A DNA stretch of 34,978 bases from Bdellovibrio sp. (GCA_046318155.1 JBKCUU010000004.1:1-34978), one strand, 5' to 3'; counted from the first letter of the stretch, positions 25,562 to 34,978 are shown. The notes: generated by a model from the letters alone, not told the origin. Numbers and translations are program-made.

Positions 25562-26682
25562 TTCCTTTTGGGGATCTCGAGAAACACTTCGTGCAGAGCC
25601 TTAATTGCTGCTTCATTTTCTTCTGGCAAACCGACACTCATCCGGAGATGAGTTTTGAATCCATAATTCAAAACCGGCCTGAGAATAACCCCTCGTCGCA
25701 GCAACGACTCAAACACTTGAGTCACGTCCCGCTCAGTATCAAAGAGAACAAAGTTACCTTGCGACTCAACGAACGGACACCCTAATTTTTGAAGCTCTTT
25801 GTAGAAATAATCAAGACCTTGCCAAGTGATTTCAACAGTTCGCCGAATGAAGTCAGAGTCTTGCAGTGCGGCCACCGCCGCGACCTGCGCTAATTCGTTG
25901 ACATTAAATGGCTTTCTCACCCGATTTACCAGATCGACGGCCTGCTCAGGACCGGCCATGACACCCACTCTTAAGCCCGCGAGCCCAAAAATTTTCGACA
26001 TGGTTCGAGTGACGATGATGTTCGAGTATCGACGCATATCATCAAGCGCGGGCCGGTAATCCTTGGCGCGAACAAACTCGGTGTAGGCCTCGTCAAAAAT
26101 AATCAAAAGGTCATCGTGATCGCCCCATTCCTTGAGAAACGCATCGACTTCACCGGAGGGAACATAAGTACCCGTTGGGTTGTTGGGATTGGGAATGTAG
26201 ACCAAGCGAATTTTATCTTTTTCGCGGTTGGCTTTGAGGTAGGTCGACATCGCAGCCAGATCGGTTTTAAAGCCAGGAGCCATCGGAACAAAATGCGTTT
26301 TGACCCGCGCCGCCTGGGCACTGATCGGAAATGCAGCAAACGCCGCCTGCGTCGTGATCACTCCTTCGCCCGGCTCACAATAAATGCGAATCAACAAATC
26401 AAAAAGTTCATCAGAACCGTTTCCGACCGTGATCTTTGTGCGTGGGAGGTTCCAAAGTTCGCTCACTTTTGTCACAAGGTCGTAACAGGTGGGATCTGGG
26501 TACAAATTGAGGTGCGAGAGGGTCTTGTTGACCGCCGCTTGGGCCAAGGGGCTGACACCCAGTGGGTTCTCATTGCTTGCGAGCTTGTAAACCTTTGAAA
26601 TCCCGTACTCGCGCTGGGCTTCAGAGATGGGCTTTCCGGGTTTATACGGGATCAAGTTCAAAATTTCGGGTGAAACCTTCAT
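25558..26682 (-). CDS. hisC: Histidinol-phosphate aminotransferase family protein
   Basis: YKPGKP, KLASNENP, GNGSDE, PNNPTG, DEAY, RTMSKIFGLAGLRVG; start placed at ATG 26682 after GGAG. Confidence 0.92.
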   Translation of the reverse strand: MKVSPEILNLIPYKPGKPISEAQREYGISKVYKLASNENPLGVSPLAQAAVNKTLSHLNLYPDPTCYDLVTKVSELWNLPRTKITVGNGSDELFDLLIRIYCEPGEGVITTQAAFAAFPISAQAARVKTHFVPMAPGFKTDLAAMSTYLKANREKDKIRLVYIPNPNNPTGTYVPSGEVDAFLKEWGDHDDLLIIFDEAYTEFVRAKDYRPALDDMRRYSNIIVTRTMSKIFGLAGLRVGVMAGPEQAVDLVNRVRKPFNVNELAQVAAVAALQDSDFIRRTVEITWQGLDYFYKELQKLGCPFVESQGNFVLFDTERDVTQVFESLLRRGVILRPVLNYGFKTHLRMSVGLPEENEAAIKALHEVFLEIPKRK

Positions 26683-26721
26683 TTCGTTCTCCAGGTATTG
26701 AGGTCGGGTCCCCTGCAATGC

Positions 26722-26750
26722 TTGCCTTGCGAAAATCCCACCGATAGTAT
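26722..26750 (+). promoter_or_regulatory. Candidate sigma70 promoter for the HyuA/HyuB-like pair
   Basis: TTGCNT box TTGCCT-17 nt-TAGTAT, 20 nt before ATG 26771. Confidence 0.45.
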
Positions 26751-26770
26751 GAAAAGTCGAGTTTAAAAGA

Positions 26771-28099
26771 ATGCTGAAACAGTGCCTTTCCCTCTCGTGG
26801 GGACCTTCATTTGCGGAACTGGAAACATCTTCGGGATGGTTGCGTTCCTACACGGCCCAGCAGCCGCCACAACAACTTCTTAAAAATACCATCGCCGCCG
26901 ATTCGGCTTTAAAAAAAGCGCGCATCAGTATGAGCGTCACTCGCCGAATCTTAAACACGCGCCTGGGCAACTCGGTCGCGCAAATTGTGACCGAAGGATT
27001 TGAGCATTGGGTTTTGCTTCGCCAAGAAGCGGAGCCCGGTCACTTTGATTTGGCACCCAATCGACGTGAACCCTTGGCCAATCCCGAAAATCTTTTTGGA
27101 ATTAAAGAACGTATTTCAGCCGACGGCAAAGTTTTACAAGCTCTGCAAATTCAGGATCTCGAAAAAATTGCCGCGACTCTTAAGGCTAAGCAAGTCGAAC
27201 GCGTGTGCTTAAATTTTTTAAACTCGCACCGCAATCCCGCTCATCAATTGGCAGCGCAAAAGTTTTTTCAAGAAAAAGGATTTCAAGTTTTTTCGCGCCT
27301 GCGTTCGGCGCAAAGTCCGGATGAGCTCTCGGCTTGGCGGCGCAATTTGTTGGATGCAAGCCTCGCTTCGTTTTTCGCAAAGGCTTTTGAAGACTTTGAA
27401 GAAGTCGCTCCCGGTCTTGAATTTGAATTTTTAGATACCGAAAAAGGCTTTGCTTCAAGAGCAGCGCTCAGCACCTCCGCTCTACTTTTTGGCCGCGAAA
27501 GAAGTCTGCAACGGTCCAAACCTCTTTTGTATTTTGGCGCCGAGGAGTGGGGTTGGATTTTACCCGAGGACCAAAACTTGTGGCGCAGCCCTTGGGGGCT
27601 TGTTGAACTGAAAACTCCCGTGCACGGATTCTTTCAGGCCCAACCGGGTCTTGAGTTGGTGCTCAACTCTTCGGGACAAATTCGCTGGGGTGAAGACTCT
27701 GGGATGGATCCGGGCCCGGTGATTTGGGGCCGCTCGTCCAAGCTGACACTTCTGGATTTTGTCGGTTGGCATTTTGAAACCAAGCCAGCTCTTCGCCGCA
27801 ACGAAAAGACGGAAGCGAAGTCTCGCGATCTTTTTGAATCCTTTAAAAAGAACTCGCGCGATTGGCGCTCGTATACACCAGAAGATGCAAATAAAGATGT
27901 TTTTGAGACCATGGTGAACTCAATCATTACGGATCTTGCCGTTCGCCTCTCGTCAGATGAGTTTTTGGTCGCTGGCGTGATGGCGCCGCACATTTTGCCC
28001 GCACTAAAGAAAGCCAAACCCAAATGGAAATTCGAAAGCCTGGGCGATGGCGGCGGCGAGTTTCACGAAACCGAGACCTTTTGGGAGCCCTATGCTTAA
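26771..28099 (+). CDS. Divergent hydantoinase A/oxoprolinase N-terminal-like protein
   Basis: IVTEGFE, GIKERISADGKV, NFLNSHRNPAHQ, GMDPGPVIWGR correspond to HyuA motifs; short at 442 aa. Confidence 0.8.
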   Translation: MLKQCLSLSWGPSFAELETSSGWLRSYTAQQPPQQLLKNTIAADSALKKARISMSVTRRILNTRLGNSVAQIVTEGFEHWVLLRQEAEPGHFDLAPNRREPLANPENLFGIKERISADGKVLQALQIQDLEKIAATLKAKQVERVCLNFLNSHRNPAHQLAAQKFFQEKGFQVFSRLRSAQSPDELSAWRRNLLDASLASFFAKAFEDFEEVAPGLEFEFLDTEKGFASRAALSTSALLFGRERSLQRSKPLLYFGAEEWGWILPEDQNLWRSPWGLVELKTPVHGFFQAQPGLELVLNSSGQIRWGEDSGMDPGPVIWGRSSKLTLLDFVGWHFETKPALRRNEKTEAKSRDLFESFKKNSRDWRSYTPEDANKDVFETMVNSIITDLAVRLSSDEFLVAGVMAPHILPALKKAKPKWKFESLGDGGGEFHETETFWEPYA

Positions 28100-29513
28100 G
28101 GGGCTGACTCGAGAAACCTACGACCATTTTTTAAGTTCTTGCCTCAAACCTTGGGAGTCTTCAGCATTGCTGACCCTCCAGGGCGAAATCTTGAGTCTGC
28201 GCTATGAAACTCTTTCGGACGTTGGCACTTTGCCGCAAGCGGGCCGCGTGGCTTTGCAGTATTTAAAAGTTGGTCCCGGCGATTTGGTGGTTTTGAATGA
28301 TCCTTTTAGCGGTGGCAATTTACTTTCGAATTTAACTTTGATCTATGGGATGGAGCACGAGTGTTCGGGATTGATTCTTGTCGTGCGAACGGGCTTTCGC
28401 GCCCGCCTCAATTTGGGCGAACGCCTGGATGAAGAAGGTTTGCGGATTCCGCCCACACCGCTGGCGCAAAAGGGTCAATGGATGGAGCCTTTGCTGCAAG
28501 CCTTGGTCACTCATCCTGATGCTCCCGCTGGAGCCGAAAATCGTCTACGTGGGCTTTTTACACAAATGCAGGCGATGTCGCAAAGACTGACTCCTCCCAC
28601 TGGTGATTGGACGCCCTACTTAAATGAGTGCAAACAAGAGACGCTCGCCTTCCTGGCCGAAATTCCGCACGGTGAAACAAAAGTTGAGCAGCGCTTGGCT
28701 GGCGGCGAGCTTTTGCGATTGAACATCGAAGTGGGCTCCGAAAACGTGACTTTTGATTTTTCTGGGACAAGCCCGTCTAAAAAAATTGGCCTCACGGATG
28801 CGGCCGTTCAGGGCGCCTGCTTTGGTGCGCTCGTCGCCTACTTTCAGATGAACTTAGGAATTAACGAGAGCTCCTTTTCGATGCTCCAAGTGTCGGCCCC
28901 CTTGGGAAGCTGGCTCAATTCAAAATACCCGACGCCGACGTTTCGAGGGATGACCGAGGGCGTGCACCGAGTGGCTCACTTGGTCTGGCAAGCGCTGACA
29001 GATTTGGCCTCGCAAGCGTCTGTTGCACCCAGCCCCTCGTCACCGACCTGGCTGAGTTTGCAATTTGCAGATGGCCAGATGTTTTTTGATTCACTCCCCG
29101 TTGGTGTGGGCGCTCACTTGAAATCGGGCGGTGCTGCGGCTCTGCATTTGTGGGTTCGCAGTCCTATTGTTAATTCGGTCGAGCAAATCGAAAGTAAATT
29201 TCCAATTCGTATTTTGCAGGCAGGTCCCCGTAAAGGCTCGGGCGGCGATGGCGCAAGCCGCGGCGGGGACGGGATGGTTAAAGTTTATGAACTCTTGAAG
29301 CCTGCTTATCTGCAGTGGATTCAATCTACACTCGACGTCAAAGGCTTCAAGGGCGGCGAAGGCGGTCAGTCTTCATTGGTCAAGATCAATGAGCCCTCGA
29401 AAGCCCAGGTTTTAAAATCAGAAGTGGGTGCCCTGGATCTCCCTGCAGGAACTTTGATCGAAGTTCTCACGGCAGGCGGCGGCGGTTACGGTAAGATTCG
29501 TCCGCCGGCTTGA
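28092..29513 (+). CDS. Divergent hydantoinase B/oxoprolinase-like protein
   Basis: PGDLVVLNDPFSGG, EEGLRIPP, FDFSGTS, GSGGDGASRGGDG, TAGGGGYG; start placed at ATG 28092 (GGGAG RBS, overlaps the previous stop). Confidence 0.85.
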   Translation: MLKGLTRETYDHFLSSCLKPWESSALLTLQGEILSLRYETLSDVGTLPQAGRVALQYLKVGPGDLVVLNDPFSGGNLLSNLTLIYGMEHECSGLILVVRTGFRARLNLGERLDEEGLRIPPTPLAQKGQWMEPLLQALVTHPDAPAGAENRLRGLFTQMQAMSQRLTPPTGDWTPYLNECKQETLAFLAEIPHGETKVEQRLAGGELLRLNIEVGSENVTFDFSGTSPSKKIGLTDAAVQGACFGALVAYFQMNLGINESSFSMLQVSAPLGSWLNSKYPTPTFRGMTEGVHRVAHLVWQALTDLASQASVAPSPSSPTWLSLQFADGQMFFDSLPVGVGAHLKSGGAAALHLWVRSPIVNSVEQIESKFPIRILQAGPRKGSGGDGASRGGDGMVKVYELLKPAYLQWIQSTLDVKGFKGGEGGQSSLVKINEPSKAQVLKSEVGALDLPAGTLIEVLTAGGGGYGKIRPPA

Positions 29514-30697
29514 GTGAGTGCATTTTTGATCTGATTAATGTGCTCAAGACCCGTTGTCTCTAAAACAAAATCGATTCGAGTTTCTCGTAAAAATAAACCC
29601 TGGTTCACACGGTCGTGATGCACTTCCAAAACATTGGCTCTTAAATCGGCGATCGCCTGAGTCAGACGGTTCAGCGTTCCGGGCAAGTCGTCAACAACAA
29701 CTGAGAGCATGCACAGGCGGCCTTTGCTGATCTGACCCTTTTCAATGACCTTGGCGATCATGTTCAAATCAATGTTGCCGCCGCATAAAACAACGCAGGT
29801 TTTTTTACCCAAATTCAGTTTGCGGCTCATCAAGGCCGCAACTCCTGCGGCGCCCGCACCTTCGGTCACCGTTTTCGCTCGCTCAAGACAAAAAACAATG
29901 GCTTCAGCGATTTCGTCATCGGTGACAGACACCACGTCATCAACAAGCTTTGAAATGAAGTGATCAAACATGATTTGCGAGGGCTTTTTGATCGCGATGC
30001 CGTCGGCAATCGTTGAGATGCGGCGCTTGGGCTCGGCCAAGGTTTTGTGATGAAACAATCGAACCATGCCGTCCGCAGCGGCGCTCTGAACGCCGATGAC
30101 GCGGCAGTTGGGATTGATAGCCTTGACGGCTGTTGCAATTCCACTAATCAATCCACCGCCGCCAATCGGCACGATGATCGACTCCAAATCAGGCAAGGCC
30201 TGAAGAATCTCCAGACCAATGGTGCCTTGACCGGCGATGACTTTTTCGTCTTCAAAAGGGTGCACAAAAACGTAATTGTGTTTTTCAACGAGCTCGCGAG
30301 CAAACACGTGCGAATCATCAACGACCTCGCCGTGAAAAACAACGTCAGCTCCGTAGCCGCGAGTGGCTTCGACTTTAATGAGCGGAGCCCCCATGGGCAT
30401 GACAATCGTGGCTTTGACTCCTGCTTTTTGTGCACTGAAGGCAACGCCTTGAGCGTGATTACCAGCCGAGCTGGCAACGACACCGCGTTTTTTTTCTGCG
30501 GGAGTGAGAGCGTTGATTTTGTTGTAAGCACCCCGCAATTTAAAAGAGCCGGTGAATTGCGTGTTCTCGAGCTTAAAATAAACTTCGGTGCCTGGCACCT
30601 TGGAGGTGGCGGAATAGCTCTTGTCGACTTCAGTGGGACGGATCACACCTTTGAGAAGCGCGGCTGCCGCTTGAATATCTTGAAGAGTTACTTTCAT
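29486..30697 (-). CDS. ilvA: Threonine ammonia-lyase with C-terminal ACT domain
   Basis: KLENTQFTGSFKLRGA, SSAGNHAQG, HPFED..AGQGTIGLE, PIGGGGLISG, GGNID, DDLPGTL; 28-bp convergent overlap with the HyuB-like gene. Confidence 0.93.
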   Translation of the reverse strand: MKVTLQDIQAAAALLKGVIRPTEVDKSYSATSKVPGTEVYFKLENTQFTGSFKLRGAYNKINALTPAEKKRGVVASSAGNHAQGVAFSAQKAGVKATIVMPMGAPLIKVEATRGYGADVVFHGEVVDDSHVFARELVEKHNYVFVHPFEDEKVIAGQGTIGLEILQALPDLESIIVPIGGGGLISGIATAVKAINPNCRVIGVQSAAADGMVRLFHHKTLAEPKRRISTIADGIAIKKPSQIMFDHFISKLVDDVVSVTDDEIAEAIVFCLERAKTVTEGAGAAGVAALMSRKLNLGKKTCVVLCGGNIDLNMIAKVIEKGQISKGRLCMLSVVVDDLPGTLNRLTQAIADLRANVLEVHHDRVNQGLFLRETRIDFVLETTGLEHINQIKNALTQAGGRILP

Positions 30698-30703
30698 TGC
30701 AGA

Positions 30704-30949
30704 TCACCCCGTGTCTTCATCCCAGTAGGTCGACAGACCCCAGAGAGGATGATAGGCACCTTGGGTGTTCCAAAGGCTCATCTCAAGTTTGTTGTCGCCG
30801 ACACCTTTAAGGTCACTCTCGTCGAAATAATAGAACGGAGCAAGGTGCTTTAGGCAATTCCCGCACTTGTGAATGGCTGCATTTTCAATTTCATTCACTG
30901 TCCCACAGACATGACAGCGACGAACATGGATCATTTTTGTTGTCGCCAT
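30704..30949 (-). CDS. Small zinc-ribbon-like hypothetical protein
   Basis: CHVC-x13-CGNC; stop 6 nt before the ilvA start; true start at 30949 or 30934. Confidence 0.65.
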   Translation of the reverse strand: MATTKMIHVRRCHVCGTVNEIENAAIHKCGNCLKHLAPFYYFDESDLKGVGDNKLEMSLWNTQGAYHPLWGLSTYWDEDTG

Positions 30950-31156
30950 ATGTGAGAACATCTTCTCACAACTGTTCCGATAAGGCCACCTGTGTGATAA
31001 AAGCAAACTATTGAAATCACACAGCTTTCCTGTCAATTGACTTGACGCGTTATTAGCCTTCGTGAGGCGATTCGGGCACTTAACGCATGCAGGTGAATAG
31101 CGAGACAAGGGGCCTTTGTCTGGAAGATCGTCGCACCAGAGTCGAACACCCTCGGT

Positions 31157-33148
31157 TCACGTTGTTTCAGAAGGAATATCTCGCAGAATTTTTTCGAGAC
31201 GAGTGCGCCTTTCAGCATCGAGCACGGACAAATCACTGTTGTAACGAGCAAGAATGAATTCGGCGACAAAAAGATCACCAGCGTCTTGCCGAGATTTTGT
31301 TAGGAGCAGCCGCGCTTGTTGCCACTGCGCAAGTTCACCATAGGAATGCCCAAAAGGGGTGCCGACCTTGCGGCCAAATCGGCGCCAAAGTTTGAGCCAA
31401 GGATCCTCTCGGTCCCATAAATTTCGCGCGCGCGGTAAAAGTGTGGCCATCACTCCACCCACAAATAAGAGAAAAATCAAAGCCAGGGGCTGAGCCCACT
31501 CTTGGACGCCGACTTTTTCGGCGCTCTCGCGAACCCAATCGGCTTGGTAGGTCAGAACAAAACGCTCTCCCCTGCCGACGCTCGCGTCCCACGCAAGACT
31601 CACCCGCTCTTGAAATTGCGGCCACCACGGCAGAAGACTGGCGCCGCTAGCCCACAGTTGCTCGCGCAAATTTTCGGGCAGCCAAAAAAGATCAGCACCG
31701 TATTCAAGACGAAGGGGCTCGATCCAAAGCGTGGGATCAAGACGGCGCCAAGTTTTACTTGCATCATCGTAGGCCTCGACCCAGGCGTGCGCTTCGCGGG
31801 TCATCACAATCAGATCCGAACTAAACGGATCTTGTCGGCCACCTAAAAAACCGACCACAACCCGCGCCGGTACGCCTTGCCAGCGCAGCAGCGTTGCCGT
31901 GCTTGCGGCAAAGTGTTCGCAAAATCCAACTTTAGTTTGCTCTAAAAATTCGGCGACACCGCCCGTGCTCAAAGTCGGCGGACTTAAACTGTAACGAAAC
32001 TTTTGGCTTTTAAAAAAATCGCGAAGCCGCTCGGCTTGTTGGCTGGCATTCCCAGAATTTTGCGCGAGCGCTGGCTGTTTTTTTGCCAAAGCCTCGAGCT
32101 GCTCCCGAAGTGGGGGGCTGATGAACGTGAGCTTTGCACGCGTCTCAGAATCCAGTTCCTCACTTGCCAGTTCGGTGCGTGACCAGGCCGTAAACTGGTG
32201 CGGGCCTCTGGGCTCTGCGCGTAACTTAAAGACGTCGGAATCAAAACTCTCATGACTCTTGAGCGGAGTCTCGACGTGCCGGGGGTGATCCAGTGCAATC
32301 AAGGTCCGTCCGTTGATTTCGCTACTCCAGATCTGCTGCTCAACACCAATGCCATCAAATTCGGCAGGACTTTCGCGCCGCTTGAGCCGTGTTTGCCAAT
32401 TCAGCCCTTCGCCCTCTTCGAGAACCGAGCCACGAAAATAAGAGAAGTTTGATTCTGGTTTGGATCCCGGAAACCGGATTCGCAAGGCAACCTGGTTGTT
32501 GGCGACGACTCGCTCAAGATGACCCGGCTCAATTTTATCTGAAAAGCCTAGCTCGCCTTGGCTGCCTTGCGTGCCCCAGAGCTCAACCGTAAATCGGGGA
32601 AAGACCAAGAAAATCAAAATCCAAATCGGAAAACTCATCGCGACGAACAAGAAGGCCGAGCGAAAACCCGACCATGAAATACTCAACGAGTTTTTCTCAA
32701 ACACGCTCATCCACGCAAAGATGAAGGCGACATCAAAGATGAGAAGCACAGTGGCCAGCAAGCCCTGATGCTCGAGCAAAGCCAAGGCAAGGGCCAGAAT
32801 CCACAAAAACAAAAAAGCCCACTGGCTTCGGCGCACACGCAAGCGGTTCATTTCAAGAGGCAGCAACACAAAGACCAGGGCCGCCGAAGTTTCGATGCCA
32901 AAAATTTGTTGTAGAGTCGCAAAAATACCGGCGGCCAAGAGACCACTCACGACATCGATCATCGTTTCTTTTTTGATCGATCTTGAGCCCCAATGAACTC
33001 GGGCGGGAAACCGCTCCTCAAAAAGCGACGCCAAAAGTAAAATTAAGCCGGCACCGCCCACCCACAAAGGCACTTGCGACAAGAGCAACAGCAGATGCAA
33101 GCCCATGAGTGCAGTTAAAAATAGTCTTGAGGGCGTCAGCCGAGGCAT
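31157..33148 (-). CDS. TgpA-like membrane transglutaminase-family protein (DUF3488 plus transglutaminase domain)
   Basis: N-terminal TM bundle, FLVFPR, GFSDKIEPG, YFRG; triad GFCEHFA / AHAWVE / DPT. Confidence 0.92.
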   Translation of the reverse strand: MPRLTPSRLFLTALMGLHLLLLLSQVPLWVGGAGLILLLASLFEERFPARVHWGSRSIKKETMIDVVSGLLAAGIFATLQQIFGIETSAALVFVLLPLEMNRLRVRRSQWAFLFLWILALALALLEHQGLLATVLLIFDVAFIFAWMSVFEKNSLSISWSGFRSAFLFVAMSFPIWILIFLVFPRFTVELWGTQGSQGELGFSDKIEPGHLERVVANNQVALRIRFPGSKPESNFSYFRGSVLEEGEGLNWQTRLKRRESPAEFDGIGVEQQIWSSEINGRTLIALDHPRHVETPLKSHESFDSDVFKLRAEPRGPHQFTAWSRTELASEELDSETRAKLTFISPPLREQLEALAKKQPALAQNSGNASQQAERLRDFFKSQKFRYSLSPPTLSTGGVAEFLEQTKVGFCEHFAASTATLLRWQGVPARVVVGFLGGRQDPFSSDLIVMTREAHAWVEAYDDASKTWRRLDPTLWIEPLRLEYGADLFWLPENLREQLWASGASLLPWWPQFQERVSLAWDASVGRGERFVLTYQADWVRESAEKVGVQEWAQPLALIFLLFVGGVMATLLPRARNLWDREDPWLKLWRRFGRKVGTPFGHSYGELAQWQQARLLLTKSRQDAGDLFVAEFILARYNSDLSVLDAERRTRLEKILRDIPSETT

Positions 33149-34066
33149 TTAGGCCTCCGCCCAAGCGGTGAGCGCCTGCTTTAAATCAAGGGGGGTCAGA
33201 AGTTTTCCAGAATAAAATGGGGTTTCCACTGTCAGCCCCGGGTAAAAAGACCGGGCCGCACCCGCGCAAAAACTCAGCTTTGCTTCATCATCCCCGGGAA
33301 GTTCGGACCATCTCAAACGGCGAACACTCGAAGAGGAGGATTCGAATTTTTTGAGAAGGATGAGGGACTCATTCGTCGTTGGCCGGGGGACGACGTGATT
33401 AGCCCGGTCGATCTTTGATGATTCATAGAGTGAAGCAAAATCCTCATCTTGAGTCGCGGGCGAACGCTCTTGGGCCAGGGGCCCCTCAAGACCTTGAGAC
33501 AAATCAAAGTCTTTTGGCTGCGGATACACCAGAAAGTCACCGCTGGCTGCTTGCACTCGGATCCATGCACGAAAAAGTCCAAAGGGTGCACGCGTCTGAA
33601 GCCTGACACGTCGCTGGGTCCAGCGGCCTCGCCGCAGCGGCAGGGACAGCAGCAGTCGGTGACGAAAATGACCCTCCACTTGCAGATCAAATTTTTGACT
33701 CGTCAAAGTCTGAACTTCCCCGCGCCGAGAACAGGTGAGTTGCAGTTCGATTCCGGGCCGCAGCTCTTGGAGTTTTGAAACACCCAAAATATCAACTTTC
33801 AGAAGGTCCCCAGCAAACGCGGGCTCACTCACAAGGGTCAACTTTGAAAGCTTTCGTAAGCTTGTATGTGTCCAGGTCATGCCCAGGCCATAAAGTGCAA
33901 ATAGAAAAAACCCAAGCAACTGAACACTGGGGCTCGAGTAAACCGCCGACATCAAAATCAAAAATAGATTCATCAAAAGCATGAGCACGCCCGCCTTCGT
34001 GGGCATCACGTAAATGCGCTGGGGGCGCTCAAAGGACGCGAACTGTCCGGAGAGTGTCTTGAACAT
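33149..34066 (-). CDS. DUF58-family protein (divergent)
   Basis: RIYVMPTKAG, two TM segments, RRGRW..TRAPFGLFRAW..LVYP; lies between MoxR and TgpA; start placed at ATG 34066. Confidence 0.8.
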   Translation of the reverse strand: MFKTLSGQFASFERPQRIYVMPTKAGVLMLLMNLFLILMSAVYSSPSVQLLGFFLFALYGLGMTWTHTSLRKLSKLTLVSEPAFAGDLLKVDILGVSKLQELRPGIELQLTCSRRGEVQTLTSQKFDLQVEGHFRHRLLLSLPLRRGRWTQRRVRLQTRAPFGLFRAWIRVQAASGDFLVYPQPKDFDLSQGLEGPLAQERSPATQDEDFASLYESSKIDRANHVVPRPTTNESLILLKKFESSSSSVRRLRWSELPGDDEAKLSFCAGAARSFYPGLTVETPFYSGKLLTPLDLKQALTAWAEA

Positions 34067-34934
34067 CCAGCGGCCTTTCGAGATGAGAGTGGCGGCCCAG
34101 ACGGTGGGTCCAAGCCTCTGTCGCAAGGCCCGAGGCATCTTCGGGAATCACAAAATCACGTCCCTGCAAATAGGCCCAAGCCCTGGCAAGATCGACCAGG
34201 CTCTGCAAAGCGCGAGTTGAGAGGTGCACCTCTTGCCCGCGGAGATGCGTGGCTAAACGTAAAACATAGTCAAGAAATGCGTCACTGACTTTGACAAGCC
34301 CAACTTGATGACGGACTTGAAGCCATTCGGCTTTTGAACCCACAACTTGCACTTGCTCGAGCAAATCTTCGCGCCGGCCGCCCCTTAAAATTTCTTTTTC
34401 GAAGTCGAGCTTTGGCAGACCTAAAGATAATTTCAAAGCAAAACGATCGAGTTGCGAACTGGGAAGCTTATTGACGCCCACATCTTCTTTTGGATTTTGC
34501 GTGGCCATCAGAAAAAACAAAGGCGGAAGTTCGTAGTTTTGACCATCCACGCTGATCTGCTTTTCTTCCATCGCTTGCAACACGGCACTTTGGGTTTTGC
34601 TTGAAGCGCGGTTGAGTTCGTCGAGTAAAACGAGCTCACTAAAAAGTGGGCCCGGGCGAAATTCGTATCTTCCTGGTTGCGGAATCCAGATGAGACCACC
34701 CGTCACGTCTGAAGGCATGAGGTCGGGAGTCATTTGCAAACGCTTGAATCCGAGTCCTAAAGTTTTGGCCAGCGCTTGAGCGAGCAAAGTTTTACCAACG
34801 CCGGGCTGATCTTCGATAAGCAAATGCCCACTAGCCAAAAAACAAGTGACCGCTTTTTGGACGCTGACTTGATGCCCTTTAAAGGCTTTTTGAATTTCGA
34901 TTTGCACTTGCGTGACCAGAGGCGATTTTGACAT
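34029..34934 (-). CDS. MoxR-family AAA+ ATPase
   Basis: GHLLIEDQPGVGKT, TPDLMPSDVTG, DELNRASSKTQSAVLQAMEE, ATQNP, LPSSQLDRF. Confidence 0.95.
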   Translation of the reverse strand: MSKSPLVTQVQIEIQKAFKGHQVSVQKAVTCFLASGHLLIEDQPGVGKTLLAQALAKTLGLGFKRLQMTPDLMPSDVTGGLIWIPQPGRYEFRPGPLFSELVLLDELNRASSKTQSAVLQAMEEKQISVDGQNYELPPLFFLMATQNPKEDVGVNKLPSSQLDRFALKLSLGLPKLDFEKEILRGGRREDLLEQVQVVGSKAEWLQVRHQVGLVKVSDAFLDYVLRLATHLRGQEVHLSTRALQSLVDLARAWAYLQGRDFVIPEDASGLATEAWTHRLGRHSHLERPLDVQDTLRTVRVL

Positions 34935-34978
34935 ACGAATAAGAATGGCAGTCCGCCAAACGTTTGACTATGCTTAAC

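Noticed and set aside
30047..30853. Long antisense ORFs (this one, also 1222-1788, 1840-2427, 6920-7474 and others)
   Set aside because: Shadows of conserved opposite-strand genes with no recognisable motifs
30951..30970. CRP or Rex site
   Set aside because: TGTGA/TCACA spacing is 10 bp, matching neither consensus
30950..31108. N-terminal extension of ORF 30704-31108
   Set aside because: It runs through palindromic intergenic-like sequence; a later ATG is more plausible

Overview
Bacterial chromosomal window, mostly minus-strand. Protein sequences and gene content suggest a Bdellovibrionota-like organism (inference, not a database result). Core blocks: tRNA-Thr/Tyr/Gly/Thr-tuf-tRNA-Trp-secE-nusG; ribE-ribBX-ribH-NtrY/NtrX-like pair-proS-pyrF-rlmB; clpB; hisC-cmk; threonine ammonia-lyase; MoxR-DUF58-transglutaminase. 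The stretch between clpB and cmk looks more accessory. It holds an orphan RND permease coupled to a small Cys-rich protein, two secreted hypotheticals (one with a clan-CD protease-like His/Cys pattern), and a BlaI-M56-DsbA operon. That operon has two clear tandem palindromic operators, and its sensor has a short Cys-containing tail instead of a penicillin-binding domain; it is the best candidate for an undescribed system. Other points: a nested-palindrome element at the cmk 3' end, three apparently degenerate enzymes or domains (NtrX-like AAA+, RibBX cyclohydrolase, HyuA/HyuB pair), and an in-frame TAA in tuf that is probably a sequencing artefact. No CRISPR array, rRNA, transposase, integrase or prophage genes were seen.
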